Assembly (NCBI GenBank): GCA_049322955.1
Contig: JBMOPU010000033.1
Coordinates: 128,784 to 192,783, forward strand
Origin: Patescibacteria group bacterium
Lineage (GTDB): Bacteria > Patescibacteriota > Microgenomatia > UBA10105 > UBA927
Length of the DNA: 64,000 nt
Direction of reading: 5' to 3'
This document shows positions 1 through 10,839 of the stretch, piece by piece (the first letter of the stretch is position 1; each line of letters starts with the position of its first letter). The notes under the pieces are model-generated. The model did not search any database. It saw nothing but the letters and a program-made list of their open reading frames with translations, and was not told the origin of the DNA. Made by a program: the position numbers and the translations under genes.

Positions 1-1344
1 CGGGCAAGTAAAGACCAATTGAAACAACTGTGCGCTATCAAAGGATTGGTCGTTGATCCGTTGGGAAAGATCGTGGAGCTTCCGACCAAGAGTAACTACC
101 GCGAAGGACTTTCCATCTTCGAGTACGTTACCAGTACTCGCGGATCGCGCAAAGGTCTTACGGACTCGGCACTCAAAACCGCCGATGCCGGATACCTGAC
201 CCGACGTCTTGTCGATGTCGCTCATGATGTCATCATCAGAATGCATGATTGCGGAACCACTGAAGGATGGGCGCTTTCACGCAAAGACGGTCGCCAGATG
301 GCCTTTGCCGCACGTCTTGCAGGACGGTTCAGCGCCGAAGATGTCGTTGTTCCGGGAAGCAAGAAAGTGCTGGTCAAACAGGGCGAGGAAATCACGGAAG
401 ATATTGCCCGTCAGATCGACGAGGCAAATGTTGAAACCGTCGTCGTCCGTTCACCGATTGCCTGTACCGCAAAGATCGGTATCTGCGCAATTTGCTATGG
501 CCGCGACTATGCGACAACCAAATTAGTGGAACTCGGCACTCCCGTAGGAGTTATGGCGGCACAATCGATCGGAGAACCGGGAACGCAACTTACCATGCGA
601 GTGAGACACGCGGGAGGAATCGTCGGATTGGACGTTACGCAGGGATTGCCTCGTGTGGAAGAACTGTTCGAAGCACGAACGCCCAGAAACCTTTCGCCGG
701 TTTCGGAAATTGCCGGAAAAGCGGAAGTAACCGAAACCCCGCAAGGGTATAAGGTCAAAGTGGTGAATAACACCATGAAGCCCGTTGAAGAACGCGAATA
801 CCTTGTTCCGCTTACCAGCGAACTGAATGTAAAGACCGGAGATTTGGTGGCGGCGGGAGATCAATTGGGGAGCGGCTATCTTGATATCAAGGAAGTACTG
901 CAGGTCCGCGGACTCGCGGGGGCTCAGTATTACCTTATCAACGAGGTACAAAAAGTGTACGAATCACAGGGTATCTCGATCCACGACAAACATTTTGAGG
1001 CGATTGCCCGCAAAATGAGTGATAAAGTGCGTATCGATACTTCAGGCGACACGATGCTTCTTCCCGGAGAGCTGGTTGACAAAAACCGCTTCCGCGAAGA
1101 AAATGCACGAGTGCTTGCGGAAGGCGGCGAACCGTCAACGGCACACATTGTCGTCCTGGGTATTACGAGAGCGGCGCTCTATACCGAAAGCTGGTTGTCA
1201 GCGGCATCATTCCAGGAAACAACCAACGTGTTGACCGATGCGGCTCTTGCCACCAAAGAAGACAAGTTGTTAGGACTCAAAGAAAACGTTATAATCGGAC
1301 GACTCATTCCGGTTTCCCCGGAACGGGCGGCGATTCACGAATAA
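1..1344 (+). CDS. rpoC: DNA-directed RNA polymerase beta' subunit, C-terminal fragment. The 5' end lies outside the window.
   Basis: The translation matches the conserved RpoC C-terminal domain (…[36 protein letters not shown]…). The reading frame is open from the window edge. It is followed 4 nt later by rpsL. Confidence 0.9.
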   Translation, partial: RASKDQLKQLCAIKGLVVDPLGKIVELPTKSNYREGLSIFEYVTSTRGSRKGLTDSALKTADAGYLTRRLVDVAHDVIIRMHDCGTTEGWALSRKDGRQMAFAARLAGRFSAEDVVVPGSKKVLVKQGEEITEDIARQIDEANVETVVVRSPIACTAKIGICAICYGRDYATTKLVELGTPVGVMAAQSIGEPGTQLTMRVRHAGGIVGLDVTQGLPRVEELFEARTPRNLSPVSEIAGKAEVTETPQGYKVKVVNNTMKPVEEREYLVPLTSELNVKTGDLVAAGDQLGSGYLDIKEVLQVRGLAGAQYYLINEVQKVYESQGISIHDKHFEAIARKMSDKVRIDTSGDTMLLPGELVDKNRFREENARVLAEGGEPSTAHIVVLGITRAALYTESWLSAASFQETTNVLTDAALATKEDKLLGLKENVIIGRLIPVSPERAAIHE

Positions 1345-1348
1345 TACT

Positions 1349-1786
1349 ATGCCAACAGTCAATCAATTAGTTCGCCAAGGGCGACATCATAAATCAAAAA
1401 AGGTGAAAGCCACCGCGCTTCGCAAGTTTTTTAATGCGAAAGACGGGGTGACGAAATCACTGCCGGCTCCGTTCAAGCGGGGAGTGGTGACGCTGGTCAA
1501 AACCATGACGCCGAAAAAGCCGAATTCGGCACTTCGGAAGGTAGCCCGCGTGCGGCTTTCAAACAAACAGGAAGTGACGGCATATATTCCCGGTATCGGT
1601 CATGAGTTGACCGAACACGCCATCGTGCTTGTCCGCGGCGGCCGTGTCCCTGATTTGCCAGGAGTAAAATACCATATTGTCCGAGGTAAGTTTGATACGA
1701 CCGGAGTGGTCACAAGGCGCCAAGGGCGCAGTCGATATGGAACCAAGAAAACGCAAAGCGGACCGACTCCCGCATCAGCAAACTAA
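1349..1786 (+). CDS. rpsL: 30S ribosomal protein S12
   Basis: N-terminus [12 protein letters not shown] and overall sequence are typical of S12. It sits immediately upstream of rpsG. Confidence 0.95.
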   Translation: MPTVNQLVRQGRHHKSKKVKATALRKFFNAKDGVTKSLPAPFKRGVVTLVKTMTPKKPNSALRKVARVRLSNKQEVTAYIPGIGHELTEHAIVLVRGGRVPDLPGVKYHIVRGKFDTTGVVTRRQGRSRYGTKKTQSGPTPASAN

Positions 1787-1795
1787 TCCTATCCT

Positions 1796-2272
1796 ATGAG
1801 AACAAGCAAAACATACCATAAACTTCTTCCCGCCGATCCTATGTACGGCAATCGTCTCGTGTCACGATTTGTGAATCGCGTGATGATTGACGGAAAAAAG
1901 ACCGTTGCCGAGGGCCAGGTGTATAAAGCGCTTGATCTTATTAAGGCAAAGACCAACGATGATCCCATCAAAGTGTTCGAAAACGCGATCAATAACGTCG
2001 GGCCCAAAACGGAAGTAAAAGCACGTCGTGTCGGAGGAGCAAGTTATCAGGTTCCTATGGAAGTCCGCGGTGACCGACGCGTATCGCTTGCCATCCGTTG
2101 GATTGTCGAATTTGCCAAGAAACGAAGCAATCGTGAATTCCATACGTTTGCGGAAAAACTTGCGGCGGAGATATTGGATGCCGCAAACAATGTCGGAGAA
2201 GCGATTAAGAAGCGAGATACCGTACATCGTATGGCAGATGCAAACAAGGCGTTTGCCCACTTCCGATGGTAA
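1796..2272 (+). CDS. rpsG: 30S ribosomal protein S7
   Basis: S7-like sequence (…LVSRFVNRVMIDGKKTVAEGQVY…). Canonical str-operon position. Confidence 0.95.
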   Translation: MRTSKTYHKLLPADPMYGNRLVSRFVNRVMIDGKKTVAEGQVYKALDLIKAKTNDDPIKVFENAINNVGPKTEVKARRVGGASYQVPMEVRGDRRVSLAIRWIVEFAKKRSNREFHTFAEKLAAEILDAANNVGEAIKKRDTVHRMADANKAFAHFRW

Positions 2273-2871
2273 AGGATTCCCCGATCCACGCGCATTTTCA
2301 AAAAGTTGATCCTGTGCTTTATTCCCTGTTGCCGTCACGAGTCGTTCGGCTTGCGCCGAGTAACCCCCGTGAGTACTTTGTCAGCATGTGTCGTACCATT
2401 ATCGGACAACAACTGTCCACGACGGCGGCAGATACCATCTATGCACGATTTTGCGCGCTGTTCGGAAGAAGGCGCATCAGTCCCTCGGCCGTTTTGGCGC
2501 TTCCCGATGAAACACTCCGTAAGGTGGGTATGTCGTATGCCAAAATTCGCTTTATGAAAGACTGGGCGCAACGGGTGAATTCGGGTGATATCCCGCTTCC
2601 CGCGCTTTCGGCGATGGATAACGACGGTGTTATTGCGGTACTTACCAAAACAAAAGGAATCGGGAAGTGGACCGCTGAAATGTTTCTGATGTTCACGTTA
2701 GGGAGGGAAGACGTATTTTCGTTCGGTGATCTGGGGCTCAAACGGGCAATTCAGACGGCGTATAAATTGCGTCGCGAACCGTCTCTCCGCTTCATGGAAA
2801 AACTGAGCAGGCGATGGATGCCGTACAGAACCTACGCCGCTCTTGCGTTATGGGCGTTTAAGGATCGATAA
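2266..2871 (+). CDS. HhH-GPD DNA glycosylase, AlkA-like 3-methyladenine DNA glycosylase II core domain
   Basis: Contains the HhH motif followed by the Gly/Pro-rich loop and catalytic Asp (LTKTKGIGKWTAEMFLMF…FSFGDLGLKRA), typical of the AlkA/HhH-GPD family. It overlaps the rpsG stop by 7 nt. Confidence 0.7.
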   Translation: MVKDSPIHAHFQKVDPVLYSLLPSRVVRLAPSNPREYFVSMCRTIIGQQLSTTAADTIYARFCALFGRRRISPSAVLALPDETLRKVGMSYAKIRFMKDWAQRVNSGDIPLPALSAMDNDGVIAVLTKTKGIGKWTAEMFLMFTLGREDVFSFGDLGLKRAIQTAYKLRREPSLRFMEKLSRRWMPYRTYAALALWAFKDR

Positions 2872-2882
2872 TAGAAAGAGCT

Positions 2883-3269
2883 TTGAAATTATTCATTACC
2901 CTCGTTATCCTCGGTGTTCTGGGAATAGGTATCCGATACGGATTTCTGTTGCGACAAACAGCCCGCGCCTGTAACGCCGTGTATCAGGAATCACTCGATA
3001 CCATAGCCGCACAATCGCAAACCGTGCTCGCTGACAACAAAACCTCGTGTATTAACTCATACTCACTCCTCACCGAATGGGATGCCTGTCTTACGAAGGG
3101 AAAAGATGTTGTTCCCGATACGCTTCTTCCGGTCGTCGACCCCGTCGTTTCGAATGTCATGCTGTTTTTCCGCGAAAAACGAAAGGATATGACGGTACTC
3201 AAAAAGGAACACGATGTCCGGTGCAAAGGGTACACCGAGCTCATATTTTTCCCTCCTGATGCGGAGTGA
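2883..3269 (+). CDS. hypothetical membrane-anchored protein with an N-terminal TM helix and 4 Cys
   Basis: The ORF has a hydrophobic N-terminus and lies within a + strand gene run. No recognisable domain. Confidence 0.4.
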   Translation: MKLFITLVILGVLGIGIRYGFLLRQTARACNAVYQESLDTIAAQSQTVLADNKTSCINSYSLLTEWDACLTKGKDVVPDTLLPVVDPVVSNVMLFFREKRKDMTVLKKEHDVRCKGYTELIFFPPDAE

Positions 3270-3278
3270 AACGCGTCT

Positions 3279-3902
3279 ATGCAAGGCGGCTTACACAAAA
3301 TAACCGTGCAAAAGCCAAACAGAAAACGCCTCTTTATCGCCATACCAATAGAAGGCTCATGGCAGTCGGCTCTTGCCGCATTGCAAACGAAAGCTGAAGA
3401 ATCACATGCCACAAGTGCCGTGCCTACCCATTGGACACCGCCTCATCATTTTCATATCACCGTTCGGTTTGTCGGTACTGTCGATAAACGCTATATTCCG
3501 GGGATTATTGCGGCAATTCGTGTGCTCACCGGCAGGCATCGGACATTTTTGTTACCGTTTCACGGAATCGAATATGCGACCCGAAATGAACCAAAAATGA
3601 TATGGGCACGGTTTGCCAAAACCGCATCGTTCAACGGACTGGTTCGGGAAATGACGCGTCAGATTTCCCGTTTCCTGCAAACGCGCGGGGATGTCCGGTT
3701 ACTCCGGTCCGGCCATCGTGTTATTCCCCACGTAACGCTTGCCCGCGCGAAAGGCAATTTAACTGCTACGGGAATGCGTTCTCCCGATGCGGTGCGTCAT
3801 GATCTCCTTCTTCCCGTCACGTCGCTAGTTCTGTATGAATCGGTAAGCGAGCAAGGTCATACCGACTATAAAACGCTTGCAACGTTTCAATTACCTCGCT
3901 AA
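3279..3902 (+). CDS. 2H phosphoesterase, ThpR/LigT-like RNA 2',3'-cyclic phosphodiesterase (2'-5' RNA ligase family)
   Basis: Two H-x-T-x motifs (HHFHITVRF and PHVTLARA) at the spacing characteristic of the 2H/LigT family. Confidence 0.65.
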   Translation: MQGGLHKITVQKPNRKRLFIAIPIEGSWQSALAALQTKAEESHATSAVPTHWTPPHHFHITVRFVGTVDKRYIPGIIAAIRVLTGRHRTFLLPFHGIEYATRNEPKMIWARFAKTASFNGLVREMTRQISRFLQTRGDVRLLRSGHRVIPHVTLARAKGNLTATGMRSPDAVRHDLLLPVTSLVLYESVSEQGHTDYKTLATFQLPR

Positions 3903-3919
3903 GGCGGTACTATAGAAGC

Positions 3920-5128
3920 ATGAGGATCAAATATGCATTCCTCGTAGTTCTTTTTGCCGTTATTGCGTACGGCGCATGGTTTGTGTACACCAACCTGCGC
4001 GGGAGCGGTGCGGCGTTTGGTCCGATCCCGCAATTGCCGGAACAACCCGTAGAGCCGTCGGGGACGGCTCCCGGCAATACCACCGGTCTTCCGCTCACCC
4101 TGCCGCCGGGATTTTCACTTTCGGTATATGCAAAGAATCTCGGTGCGCCGCGGGTGCTTGCAGAGGATTCGACCGGGACAATCCTTACCAGTATTCCGTC
4201 ACAGAGCAAGGTGGTGGCATTACCGGATGCCGATAGTGACGGCGTAGCGGATACCGTGATCACGGTTGTCGAGGGACTTTCCCTTCCGCACGGTATCGCG
4301 TTTCATGACACACGGCTATATGTGGCCGAAACCGACGCGGTCTCTTCATATGCCTACGATCCGACGAACAAAAAAGCGACGGATAAAAAAAAGCTTTTTG
4401 ATCTTCCCGCGGGCGGGAATCATTTCTCGCGCTCGATAGGATTCGGTCCCGACGGAAAACTTTATGTTTCCATAGGCTCCAGCTGTAACGTCTGCGTGGA
4501 AAAGGATCCCCGAAGAGGAGCGATATTTGTTGCCAATGCGGACGGTTCGGATTTTCGTAGCTTCGCCACGGGATTACGAAATACGGTGTTTTTTACTTGG
4601 CATCCTCAAACAAATGAAATGTGGGGGACGGATATGGGGAGGGATCTTTTGGGAGACAACACGCCGTTTGAAGAAGTAAATATCATTAAAAACGGCGGCT
4701 TTTACGGTTGGCCGTATTGTTACAACAATAAAACGCATGACACGACCTTCGATGCAAGTACCAAAGCCAGGGAAAAATGCGAGGCAAGTATTTCGCCGCA
4801 TATAACATTTCAGGCACACTCGGCGCCGTTGGGTTTGGCGTTTATTCCCGACGAATGGCCTGCCGATTATCGGGGTGATCTGCTCGTAGCCTATCACGGA
4901 TCCTGGAACAGGAGTATGCCGACGGGATACAAAATCGTGCGATTTGATCTCGATGAACGTCAAATCGCCAAGACAGAAACCGATTTCATTGCAGGTTGGC
5001 TTGTGGGTGACGGCGCGCTCGGCAGGCCGGCAGGGCTGTTGTTCGGGCGTGATGCGGCACTCTATATAAGTGATGACAAGTCGGGGACGATCTACCGCAT
5101 GTTCCCCCGTTCGGCGGCAGGCAATTAA
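3920..5128 (+). CDS. PQQ-dependent sugar dehydrogenase (soluble glucose/sorbosone dehydrogenase-like beta-propeller), N-terminally membrane-anchored
   Basis: Signal/TM N-terminus. Motifs PHGIAFHD…LYVAET, GPDGKLYVSIGSSCNVC and GWPYCY are typical of the sGDH/L-sorbosone dehydrogenase family. Confidence 0.65.
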   Translation: MRIKYAFLVVLFAVIAYGAWFVYTNLRGSGAAFGPIPQLPEQPVEPSGTAPGNTTGLPLTLPPGFSLSVYAKNLGAPRVLAEDSTGTILTSIPSQSKVVALPDADSDGVADTVITVVEGLSLPHGIAFHDTRLYVAETDAVSSYAYDPTNKKATDKKKLFDLPAGGNHFSRSIGFGPDGKLYVSIGSSCNVCVEKDPRRGAIFVANADGSDFRSFATGLRNTVFFTWHPQTNEMWGTDMGRDLLGDNTPFEEVNIIKNGGFYGWPYCYNNKTHDTTFDASTKAREKCEASISPHITFQAHSAPLGLAFIPDEWPADYRGDLLVAYHGSWNRSMPTGYKIVRFDLDERQIAKTETDFIAGWLVGDGALGRPAGLLFGRDAALYISDDKSGTIYRMFPRSAAGN

Positions 5129-6835
5129 TTAGCCGAAGGTGAATGCATACAGCTCTATATCCCCGTCAAGAACTTCAAGCTTGAGGATATGTTTGCCTGC
5201 GCTTGGGAGTTTAATAAGCTTATATAACCGGTCGGTGGTTATCTTAACGTTACTTTGCTCAACATCTTCGCCTTTGAACTTCTCGGGGACGGGCACACCG
5301 TCAAGGAAAACGCGGATTCCCCCTTTGGCATCCTCCTTGGGTCGCATGACGAGGAACACCTCTTTTGCCTCAAAGTGATAGGTGAGGGTGGCTCCCGTCT
5401 GCGGCATTGCCCGTTCTCCGCCGATCGTCCATTTGCCCGTGAATGCAAAGCTGTTCCTGGGAAGGATTGCGGGTGCGGAAAATTCCGTGAGAATATCCGG
5501 CCGAACCGGTTCGGGAGAAACAATTCCCGCCATCCGTTCATACCCTAAGTAGGTTTCCGGTGATCTCGTCTCCACGCGGTACGTCGGATTTTCGATCTTT
5601 TCATCAACGGTAGATCCCGCTTCTTTAAGAAGCCTTTGGATCATCTCTTCCGTTTCATCATAGTCGCCCTCACCGAAATGCGTGTAGCGGATTTTTCCGT
5701 TTTTATCGATGAGGTACTTGGCCGGCCAATAACGGTTGGCATACGCCCGCCAGGTTTTATAGTCGTTATCCTGCATGATGGGGTACGTAAGTTCAAAATC
5801 AGCGGCCGCTTTTTTCACGTTATCAAGATCTTTTTCGAACTCGAATTCAGGCGTATGTACGCCGACGATAACAAGTCCCTTGTCTTTATACTTTTCATGC
5901 CATGACCGGATGTAGGGGAGCGTACGAATGCAGTTTATGCAGGTGTACGTCCAGAAATCGACCAGCACCACTTTGCCGCGCAACTCTTGCATGGTGAGGG
6001 GCGCGGAGTTTATCCACTCACCGCCGGCAATAAATTCAGGTGCGTTGCCGTAATTATTCTCTAACAGATCGGTCATCATAGATCCTCCTTTTTGTAAGTC
6101 TGTTAACCGGTTTCGTACCAGTGCATTATCTTCAAGTTGGGTAAGCCCCGTGCCGTATGCGGGAAATTTGTCCAATATAAACGTCTGAAACGCTCGATCC
6201 CAGGAATGATAAATGGCGAATGCGGTAAGGAGCATAAGGATACCGAATGCTTTCTGAATCCGTGCGGTATTTGCCAGTAACCAAGGGTGGTTGGTAAGCA
6301 GTGACCTGCCGCCCAAGGTGATGGCAAGGAGGGGAATTGCCGTCCCTAGGGCGTATGCAAGGGTGATGATGACCGCGTTAAGCCCTACGGTGCTGGTGGC
6401 GGCAAGTGTAATGATAGATGCAAGAATAGGACCGACGCAGGGTGTCCAGAGCAATCCCAAACTCACCCCGACCAATATGCCCGAGAGATACCCGTCAGTT
6501 TGTGTTTGTTTGGGGACAAATGAGGTCACTTTTGAGAAGAATTTTTCCATTGTAATCTGGAACGCCGGGACAAGCAAACTGACGCCGAAAAAGGCGATAA
6601 CAACGACGGCAACGAGCCGCAGGGTATCAGCGGGAAGACCCGTGCTCCGTACTATCGCGGAAAGAAAAAGGGTAAAGAAGGTAAAACTTGCGACAAACCC
6701 GGTGACCACCCCCAACGGCCGGCGTTTGCCTCCCGTGATACTTCCCGAAAGGACCACCGGGAGGATAGGGAGAATACACGGGGAAAGGATGGTAATGAGT
6801 CCGCCGAGAAATGCAAAGAAAATTAGGATAATCAT
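5129..6835 (-). CDS. dipZ: DipZ-like thiol:disulfide interchange protein with a CcdA/DsbD membrane domain, a thioredoxin-like (TlpA/ResA) domain and a C-terminal domain
   Basis: N-terminal polytopic CcdA-type domain with conserved Cys (LSPCILP…WTPCVGP). Thioredoxin fold with WTYTCINC. The C-terminal beta-rich domain matches the architecture of mycobacterial DipZ. Confidence 0.8.
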   Translation of the reverse strand: MIILIFFAFLGGLITILSPCILPILPVVLSGSITGGKRRPLGVVTGFVASFTFFTLFLSAIVRSTGLPADTLRLVAVVVIAFFGVSLLVPAFQITMEKFFSKVTSFVPKQTQTDGYLSGILVGVSLGLLWTPCVGPILASIITLAATSTVGLNAVIITLAYALGTAIPLLAITLGGRSLLTNHPWLLANTARIQKAFGILMLLTAFAIYHSWDRAFQTFILDKFPAYGTGLTQLEDNALVRNRLTDLQKGGSMMTDLLENNYGNAPEFIAGGEWINSAPLTMQELRGKVVLVDFWTYTCINCIRTLPYIRSWHEKYKDKGLVIVGVHTPEFEFEKDLDNVKKAAADFELTYPIMQDNDYKTWRAYANRYWPAKYLIDKNGKIRYTHFGEGDYDETEEMIQRLLKEAGSTVDEKIENPTYRVETRSPETYLGYERMAGIVSPEPVRPDILTEFSAPAILPRNSFAFTGKWTIGGERAMPQTGATLTYHFEAKEVFLVMRPKEDAKGGIRVFLDGVPVPEKFKGEDVEQSNVKITTDRLYKLIKLPSAGKHILKLEVLDGDIELYAFTFG

Positions 6836-6837
6836 AG

Positions 6838-7302
6838 TTATTTTACCTTCGCGATAAGTTCGTTAAGATCGCCGCCATTCCACTTTGTTACCGCGTTGCC
6901 GTATGCGTCCACCTGGACAAACGTATGTTGGTAGGTCACTTCGTACTTTTTCTTCAATTCAGTAGCGGTGTCATAATCGGTTTTAAACAGAACCACACCT
7001 TCGGGGATACGTGCCGCTTCTTTCTGGAATGCCGCATCGGCGGGTCGGCAAGTAGGGCACCACTGCGCATGGAAAAAGAGTACGCGTTTTTTGTCGGCCG
7101 CCGCATCAAATGACGGTTGGGAATAGGGTACGTAGCGTCCTGTTTTTTGCGAGGTGCCTACATCTTCCCCGTCAACGACGGGAGTGAGTACCGGTACAGG
7201 TGAGTCGTGTGCGGTATCGGGTGGCGTGCGTCGGGGAACAATATAGATGCCAACAGCAACGATGCTGACAAGTGCGGCCGCGACGATTATGTAATGTTTC
7301 AT
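6838..7302 (-). CDS. membrane-anchored thioredoxin-family protein (WCPTC active site)
   Basis: TM anchor plus thioredoxin fold with WCPTC. The stop abuts the dipZ start, which suggests an operon. Confidence 0.7.
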   Translation of the reverse strand: MKHYIIVAAALVSIVAVGIYIVPRRTPPDTAHDSPVPVLTPVVDGEDVGTSQKTGRYVPYSQPSFDAAADKKRVLFFHAQWCPTCRPADAAFQKEAARIPEGVVLFKTDYDTATELKKKYEVTYQHTFVQVDAYGNAVTKWNGGDLNELIAKVK

Positions 7303-7387
7303 ACAATAAGTGTAGAGAAGTTCGCCGGGCTAATCAAATCATATGAAGGCTTGACTATAACGTTACGTTATCGTTTAGTATCACGAT

Positions 7388-8131
7388 ATGGTCTATACGG
7401 TTAAACAATTAGCAACCCTTGCGGGTATAAGCATCCGCACACTCCATTATTATGACGACATCGGTTTGCTTAAACCGTCGTTCGTGCGGCAAAACGGTTA
7501 TCGGGTCTATGAAGAAAAAGAATTGGTCAAACTACAACAAATATTGTTGTTCCGTGAGCTTGCATTTCCGCTCGAACAGATAAAGGAAATGATATATGCA
7601 AAAAAATTTGATATGAAAGCGGCGCTTCGTGATCAGCGAAAAATGCTGGTAATGAAAAAGAATCGGATAAACAAATTATTGAGCGTTGTGGATGCACAAT
7701 TGAAAGGAGGTGAGCATATGGCAAATCAGCATTCCTTCGGCGTATTTACCGATACGACCATGGAAGAATTTAAAGAGGAAGCGCGCAAGCGATGGGGGAA
7801 TACCGATGCATACAAACAATCCGCAGAGCGCACGAAACACTGGACAAAAGCAGACTATGACAGGATCGCGGAGGAGGGCACGAAATTCACCGAAGCGCTC
7901 TCAAAGCTCATGGATCGGGGAATAGCGGATGAAAAAGTCCAGCAAATGATACAGAAGCATTATGATGGCATTCAGGTATTTTATGATTGTCCTATTGAGA
8001 TGTACAGGAATTTAGGAGCAATGTATGTCGAAGATTCTCGCTTTCGCGCGTATTACGAAAAGTTCCGCAAAGGTATGGCGGAATTTATGAAAAATGCTAT
8101 CGCGTATTATTGCGATAGCCGAATGACCTAA
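7388..8131 (+). CDS. MerR-family transcriptional regulator with a TipAS-like C-terminal effector domain
   Basis: N-terminal MerR HTH (VKQLATLAGISIRTLHYYDDIGLL…) plus a C-terminal TipAS-type domain. It is divergent from the trx-dipZ pair. Confidence 0.8.
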   Translation: MVYTVKQLATLAGISIRTLHYYDDIGLLKPSFVRQNGYRVYEEKELVKLQQILLFRELAFPLEQIKEMIYAKKFDMKAALRDQRKMLVMKKNRINKLLSVVDAQLKGGEHMANQHSFGVFTDTTMEEFKEEARKRWGNTDAYKQSAERTKHWTKADYDRIAEEGTKFTEALSKLMDRGIADEKVQQMIQKHYDGIQVFYDCPIEMYRNLGAMYVEDSRFRAYYEKFRKGMAEFMKNAIAYYCDSRMT

Positions 8132-8620
8132 GCGAAATTCTCCGGGGTGATACGTACGCCCCGGAGGATTCGGGGTGATACCCGTGTGCAGATGGTATGA
8201 AAAATCTTCTCCCGGCTGTTTTCGGTTACGGCCAAAAAAATCGCATAGTATTTAAACAAGGGAAAAAATTGCAAAATATGCAAGGAAAGCGTATAGTCAA
8301 CGCGTTATGGCGGCAGGAAAAGAGGATACGACAACAATAGATGCGGGGTGTGAATTTCTTCGTGGTCGGCAAATAGCTGATGTACAGGTGGAGGTCGTAG
8401 AACCGGTGCAAAAGGGAAGTTTGGGAAGATGTTTGGGTATGTGTCCCGATTGTCCGGCGTTACCAAGCAGAACGGTGACGTTTATTTCCGTAAGCAGGTT
8501 TCCCGCGTTAGGCATAGGAAACACGATTATCAAACCGGTGACCAGTGCGGAGACGGCATAGACAACCGGCATATTTTCTAGTACAATAATCTCCATAGAA
8601 GTGTTGAAGGAAATATTGGT

Positions 8621-8643
8621 CCCGCTTCGGCGGGTTTTTTTAT
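8621..8643 (+). terminator. GC-rich hairpin (cccgc-ttcg-gcggg) followed by a T-run, ending 4 nt before the fusA ATG
   Basis: Perfect 5-bp stem with a tetraloop, followed by TTTTTTTTATT. It is read directly from the sequence. No Shine-Dalgarno sequence lies between it and fusA. Confidence 0.5.
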
Positions 8644-8647
8644 TACT

Positions 8648-10750
8648 ATGGCAAATCCACAAACAACCGTAACAGAAAATCGCGACGTTCCTCTTGATAA
8701 GGTAAGAAACATCGGTATCATCGCGCACATTGACGCAGGAAAAACCACCACTACCGAGCGCATCCTTTTTTACACCGGACGAAGTTATAAGTTGGGCGAC
8801 ATTGACGAAGGCAACACTCAAATGGACTGGATGGAACAGGAACGGGAACGCGGCATTACCATCGTGTCCGCGGCGACCACCACCTTCTGGAAAGGCTTTC
8901 GTTTCAACATCATTGATACTCCCGGACACGTTGACTTTACCGCGGAAGTCGAGCGATCGCTTCGCGTGCTTGACGGCGGCATTACCGTCCTTGATGCGGA
9001 AGAAGGCGTACAATCACAGTCTGAAACCGTATGGCATCAGGCGGACAAATACAAGGTACCTCGTATCTGTTTTGTCAACAAAATGGATAAAATCGGAGCC
9101 GATTTCCGAAACACCATAAAACAGGTCGAAGAACGACTGGGTGCGCGTACCGCCGTTATGGTCGTTCCCATCGGACGCGAAAACACTTTCCGGGGAGCCG
9201 TTGATTTGTTGACCCGCGAAGCGCATGTGTGGAATACCGATGATTTGGGAGCAAACCCCGAGACAATCGAAATTCCCGAAGAGCTGAAAGCGGAAGTGGA
9301 AGAATCACGACATGCACTCATTGAACGCGTTGCGGAAACGGATGACGCATTGCTTGAGAAATATCTCGGCGGCGAAGACATCAGCGTCGAAGAGCTCAAG
9401 GCGGCGCTTCGTCGCGCCGTCATCGCCTACAAGCTTGTTCCGGTCTATTGCGGCACGAGTTTGAGAAACAAAGGGGTGCAACCGCTTCTTGATGCCGTCG
9501 TCGATTATCTTCCTTCGCCGCTTGATCTTCCCGAAGTGGAAGGAACCAACCCCAAGACGAACGAAAAGACGACAAGAAAACGCGTGAACGAAGAAAAGTT
9601 TGCCGGTTTGGCGTTTAAAATCCAGATTGATCCGCACGTCGGAAAACTTACCTACGTCCGTATTTATTCCGGAAAACTCGAATCGGGATCCTATGTCTAT
9701 AACTCCACCAAAGGAGCAAAGGAACGCGTCGGCCGGTTACTTCTCATGCATGCAAACCAACGGGAAGAAATCCGGGAAGCATATGCGGGAGAAATTGTCG
9801 GTGTCGTCGGCTTTAAAGATACGATTACCGGAGATACCATCTGTGATGATGCCAACCAGATCGTGTTAGAGCAGATTACCTTTCCGGAACCGGTTATTTC
9901 GTTGGCTATCGAGCCCAAGACCAAAAACGATCAGGAAAAGATGGGCTATGCCTTACAACGGTTAAGCGAAGAAGACCCGACATTTAAGATCAAATCCAAT
10001 CAGGAAACGAATCAGACCATTATCTGGGGTATGGGTGAGCTTCATCTCGAAATTCTCGTTGATCGCATGAAGCGGGAGTTTAAAGTCGAGGCAAATGTGG
10101 GCGCTCCTCAGGTTGCCTACAAGGAAACCATCAAGAAAATGGCTGAAGGAGAAGGAAAGTATATCCGACAAACCGGAGGTCGCGGTCAATACGGTCATGC
10201 AATGATCCGCATTGAGCCGAAAGCACGCGGCGAAGGATTTGAATTTATCGATGCTATCAAGGGAGGCGCGGTTCCCAACGAATTTATTCCTCCGATTGAA
10301 AAGGGTATTGTGGAAGCGATGGAAAACGGCGTGTTGGCGGGATATCCGCTGGTTGATATGTCCGCAACGCTGTATGACGGAAGTTATCATGATGTCGACT
10401 CTTCGGAAATGGCCTTTAAGATCGCGGGTTCCATGGCACTGCAGGATGCGGTAAAGCACGCGGATGCGACGATTCTCGAACCGATCATGAAGGTCGAGGT
10501 GACAACCCCCGACGAATACATGGGAGATTGTATCGGTGACCTTTCCGCGCGTCGTGCGCAGATCATGGGATCCGAACAGCGGGGAACCGTGACGGTGATT
10601 CTAGCCATGGTACCGCTTGCGGAATTGTCCGGATATGCCACGGTACTTCGTTCATTATCGAAAGGAAGAGCAACCTATTATATGGAGCCTTCCCACTATG
10701 AAGAGGTTCCGAAGAATATCCAGGAAAAGATTATTGCGAAGAACGTCTAA
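8648..10750 (+). CDS. fusA: elongation factor G
   Basis: GTP-binding motifs ([14 protein letters not shown]) and full-length EF-G similarity. Confidence 0.97.
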   Translation: MANPQTTVTENRDVPLDKVRNIGIIAHIDAGKTTTTERILFYTGRSYKLGDIDEGNTQMDWMEQERERGITIVSAATTTFWKGFRFNIIDTPGHVDFTAEVERSLRVLDGGITVLDAEEGVQSQSETVWHQADKYKVPRICFVNKMDKIGADFRNTIKQVEERLGARTAVMVVPIGRENTFRGAVDLLTREAHVWNTDDLGANPETIEIPEELKAEVEESRHALIERVAETDDALLEKYLGGEDISVEELKAALRRAVIAYKLVPVYCGTSLRNKGVQPLLDAVVDYLPSPLDLPEVEGTNPKTNEKTTRKRVNEEKFAGLAFKIQIDPHVGKLTYVRIYSGKLESGSYVYNSTKGAKERVGRLLLMHANQREEIREAYAGEIVGVVGFKDTITGDTICDDANQIVLEQITFPEPVISLAIEPKTKNDQEKMGYALQRLSEEDPTFKIKSNQETNQTIIWGMGELHLEILVDRMKREFKVEANVGAPQVAYKETIKKMAEGEGKYIRQTGGRGQYGHAMIRIEPKARGEGFEFIDAIKGGAVPNEFIPPIEKGIVEAMENGVLAGYPLVDMSATLYDGSYHDVDSSEMAFKIAGSMALQDAVKHADATILEPIMKVEVTTPDEYMGDCIGDLSARRAQIMGSEQRGTVTVILAMVPLAELSGYATVLRSLSKGRATYYMEPSHYEEVPKNIQEKIIAKNV

Positions 10751-10839
10751 GATGTGTTAAAATGTCGCAAGCGACTTAATTTTTTACGGTCGAGTATTTA
10801 TTTTTTATAAACATTATTGAGATCTTTTAAGGAGGGAAT

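Noticed and set aside
1344-1349. Missing rpoBC-to-str-operon spacer as an anomaly
   Set aside because: rpoC abutting rpsL is a known arrangement in several deep-branching and reduced lineages. It is consistent with the lineage inference and not independently interesting.
8297-9013. 238-aa minus-strand ORF
   Set aside because: It overlaps the start of fusA on the opposite strand and the non-coding spacer, has no homology signal and is low complexity. Judged an antisense artefact.
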